DNA of 52,580 nucleotides from Malassezia furfur (taxonomy: Eukaryota): NCBI GenBank assembly GCA_052055015.1, contig JBQJIT010000027.1; one strand, written 5' to 3'. The notes beneath the pieces are model-generated. The model searched no databases and was not told the DNA's origin. It saw only the letters and a program-made list of their open reading frames with translations. The position numbers and the translations under genes are program-made. Every line of letters begins with the position of its first letter. Position 1 is the stretch's first letter. Positions 50,868 to 52,580 of this stretch are shown here, piece by piece.

Positions 50868-52580
50868 CTATGTGGCCCCCTCGCGGGCCGCCGGCACTTG
50901 CTCAATCCGCTCGACGTTCGTGCCGAGCAGCTGCAGCTCGGTGCGGAGCTCCGGGCGGAGCGCTGCGTCGTGCGCCTTCCACGCATGGAGCATGGTGCGC
51001 AGCGGCGCCACAAAGCGCTCTTCCACGCGCGTGCGCAGCAGTGGCGCCGCGAGGCCCGTGTAGCCGTGCGTGTCGCGCGTCAGCACAAAGTAGTACAGCG
51101 CACAGCACTCGATCAGGTATGCATTCCACTGCGCGAGGCACGACTCAAGCGCGTCCTGCGCCTCGACGCTCGCTTCGGGCAGCTCCGGCACGACGAACAG
51201 CTCGTCGTGCAGCGTGTCCCACAGCCGGCCGTGCGCCAGGAGGCCGTCGGCGTCGGCGTTCTCGGCGTGCGCATCCTCGAGCGCGGCAATGTGGGAGCGG
51301 CAGAGCTCGCGTACCAGGCTCACCGCCGCCGCACGCAACGGCGCGGGCGTGTCGCCCTCGAGCATCTCGTGCACGAGGCGGAGCACAAGGTCGTCCGCGG
51401 CATAGTCACGCAGCACGCGCGTCACGAGCGCAAACGCCGCCTGCCGCAGCGGCGGAACGGGCGAGCAGGTCGCGAAGAGCGACAAGGCGCGCACGAGGTT
51501 CGTGGCACTCGCCTCCTCGAGCGGCTTGTGCACCGCGTGCTGGTCGAGCGCGGCGAGCGACCAAAACACGAGCGAGAGGAACGCATCCGTCTCCTGCACG
51601 TCCTGCGTCCGCTCGAGCGCCTCACGGCCCGGCGGCAGGAAGAGCAGCGTGAGCCCGGGCACGAGCGTCGTGGGGAGCTCGGCGCCAAGGCGCTCGAGCA
51701 GCTCGCGCGCCACGTCGGCGCTCCAGCGCGCAGGCTCGCCGAGGTAGGTCGCGTGCTGCGTGCGGCACCGCAGGCGGTCGCGCGTGCGGCCCTTGACGCG
51801 CGCCATGAACGCCTCGTACGCAAACTGCTGCACAAGCAGCTCGAGTGCGCTGCGCGCCATCGTTGTATCCGTGGCCGCGTGGCTCTTGTGCCCGTGCGCG
51901 GGGCCCAGGCAGCGCTCGCCGAGGTCGAGGTCGAGCTTGTCGTACGTCTTGCGCACCACGTTCCACACCGTGACGCGGCTCGAGACGTCCATCAGATCCG
52001 AGTCGCTGAGCGACGCATTCGCCGCGCTGTACAAGCGCAGCGAAAGCAGGCGCGAGTGCACCTCGTGGGACGAGCCGCTGCACGTGTGCGGCAAGAAGGG
52101 GATGAGCGGCGCGAGGCCGTTGATCAGCAGCCCGCCGAGCTCCGGCAAGTCCTTGTGCCCGTCGTGCACGAACGGCTTGCAGAAGCTGCGGATGGTGAGC
52201 ACCAGCTCACAGAGCAGCACGGCGGCCTGCGTCGCGAGCTCCTCGGCGACGTCCCCGTCTTGGACGCGCGCAAGCGCAAACGGCAGCACGCCATAGTACA
52301 GACGGGGGTACAGCAGGGTCACGATCGGCTCGAGCATCGCCTGCGGCTTGCGCGTCTTGATGTCGGGCAGAACCACCGACAGCAGCTGCAGCAGGCCAAA
52401 GAGCGCCTGCACCACCATCGCATCGTCCTGCAGCAGCGGCGCCGCCGACGCCTCGTCGCCGTTGGACGCCTCGCTCTCGGGCGCGACGGCCCGCGTCTGG
52501 TACGCGAGACTCAGCCGCTCGATCTGCTCCTGGATGCCGAGGCACATCTCCTTTGCGCTCGAGTTGTGCGCAAACAGCTC
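50868..52580 (-). CDS. Helical-repeat protein, probably Ybp1/ALF4/glomulin family (5' end outside window)
   Basis: ORF is open to the window edge. SAKEM near the start and P..LRQAAFALVTRVL...LVHEML..P.PLRAAAVSLVRE resemble this family from memory. Confidence 0.55.
   Translation of the reverse strand, partial: ELFAHNSSAKEMCLGIQEQIERLSLAYQTRAVAPESEASNGDEASAAPLLQDDAMVVQALFGLLQLLSVVLPDIKTRKPQAMLEPIVTLLYPRLYYGVLPFALARVQDGDVAEELATQAAVLLCELVLTIRSFCKPFVHDGHKDLPELGGLLINGLAPLIPFLPHTCSGSSHEVHSRLLSLRLYSAANASLSDSDLMDVSSRVTVWNVVRKTYDKLDLDLGERCLGPAHGHKSHAATDTTMARSALELLVQQFAYEAFMARVKGRTRDRLRCRTQHATYLGEPARWSADVARELLERLGAELPTTLVPGLTLLFLPPGREALERTQDVQETDAFLSLVFWSLAALDQHAVHKPLEEASATNLVRALSLFATCSPVPPLRQAAFALVTRVLRDYAADDLVLRLVHEMLEGDTPAPLRAAAVSLVRELCRSHIAALEDAHAENADADGLLAHGRLWDTLHDELFVVPELPEASVEAQDALESCLAQWNAYLIECCALYYFVLTRDTHGYTGLAAPLLRTRVEERFVAPLRTMLHAWKAHDAALRPELRTELQLLGTNVERIEQVPAAREGAT

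Overview
Gene-dense eukaryotic genomic DNA from a GC-rich basidiomycete yeast, most plausibly Malassezia (inferred from compactness, high GC3 and gene content; not verified). It holds about 29 protein-coding genes, nearly all conserved housekeeping genes: eIF2alpha end, CCT5, PPWD1-like cyclophilin, SWC5, VNX1, HOM2, ILV3, PSD2, MDM35, CYC1, a GATA factor, RPL15/RPL5, three tandem secreted histidine acid phosphatases, an NDUFA4/COXFA4-like microprotein, ERG24, prenylcysteine oxidase, COF1, RHO1, GDA1, a derlin, DCS1, FYV6/FAM192A, TBCD, YPD1, a MINDY deubiquitinase, PA2G4/cdb4 and a Ybp1/ALF4-like gene. It also holds four intron-containing tRNA genes (Glu, Cys, His, Ile) and the U2 snRNA gene. 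No mobile elements or CRISPR arrays were seen. The most notable signal is the splicing architecture. (1) Nineteen GT-AG introns are only 20-25 nt long, and most are needed to restore conserved reading frames. (2) A distinct class of longer introns lies directly upstream of 11-15 nt microexons and combines a distant TACTGAC branch point, an AG-free zone and hairpins. (3) The U2 snRNA has a non-canonical Sm site and loop IV and is followed by a hairpin plus T8. Other highlights are a 171-nt apparent gene-conversion tract between phosphatase copies 1 and 3, a CBC:HapX-type motif upstream of cytochrome c, and recurrent promoter-proximal CACGTG. All exon structures were inferred by hand and lack transcript evidence.
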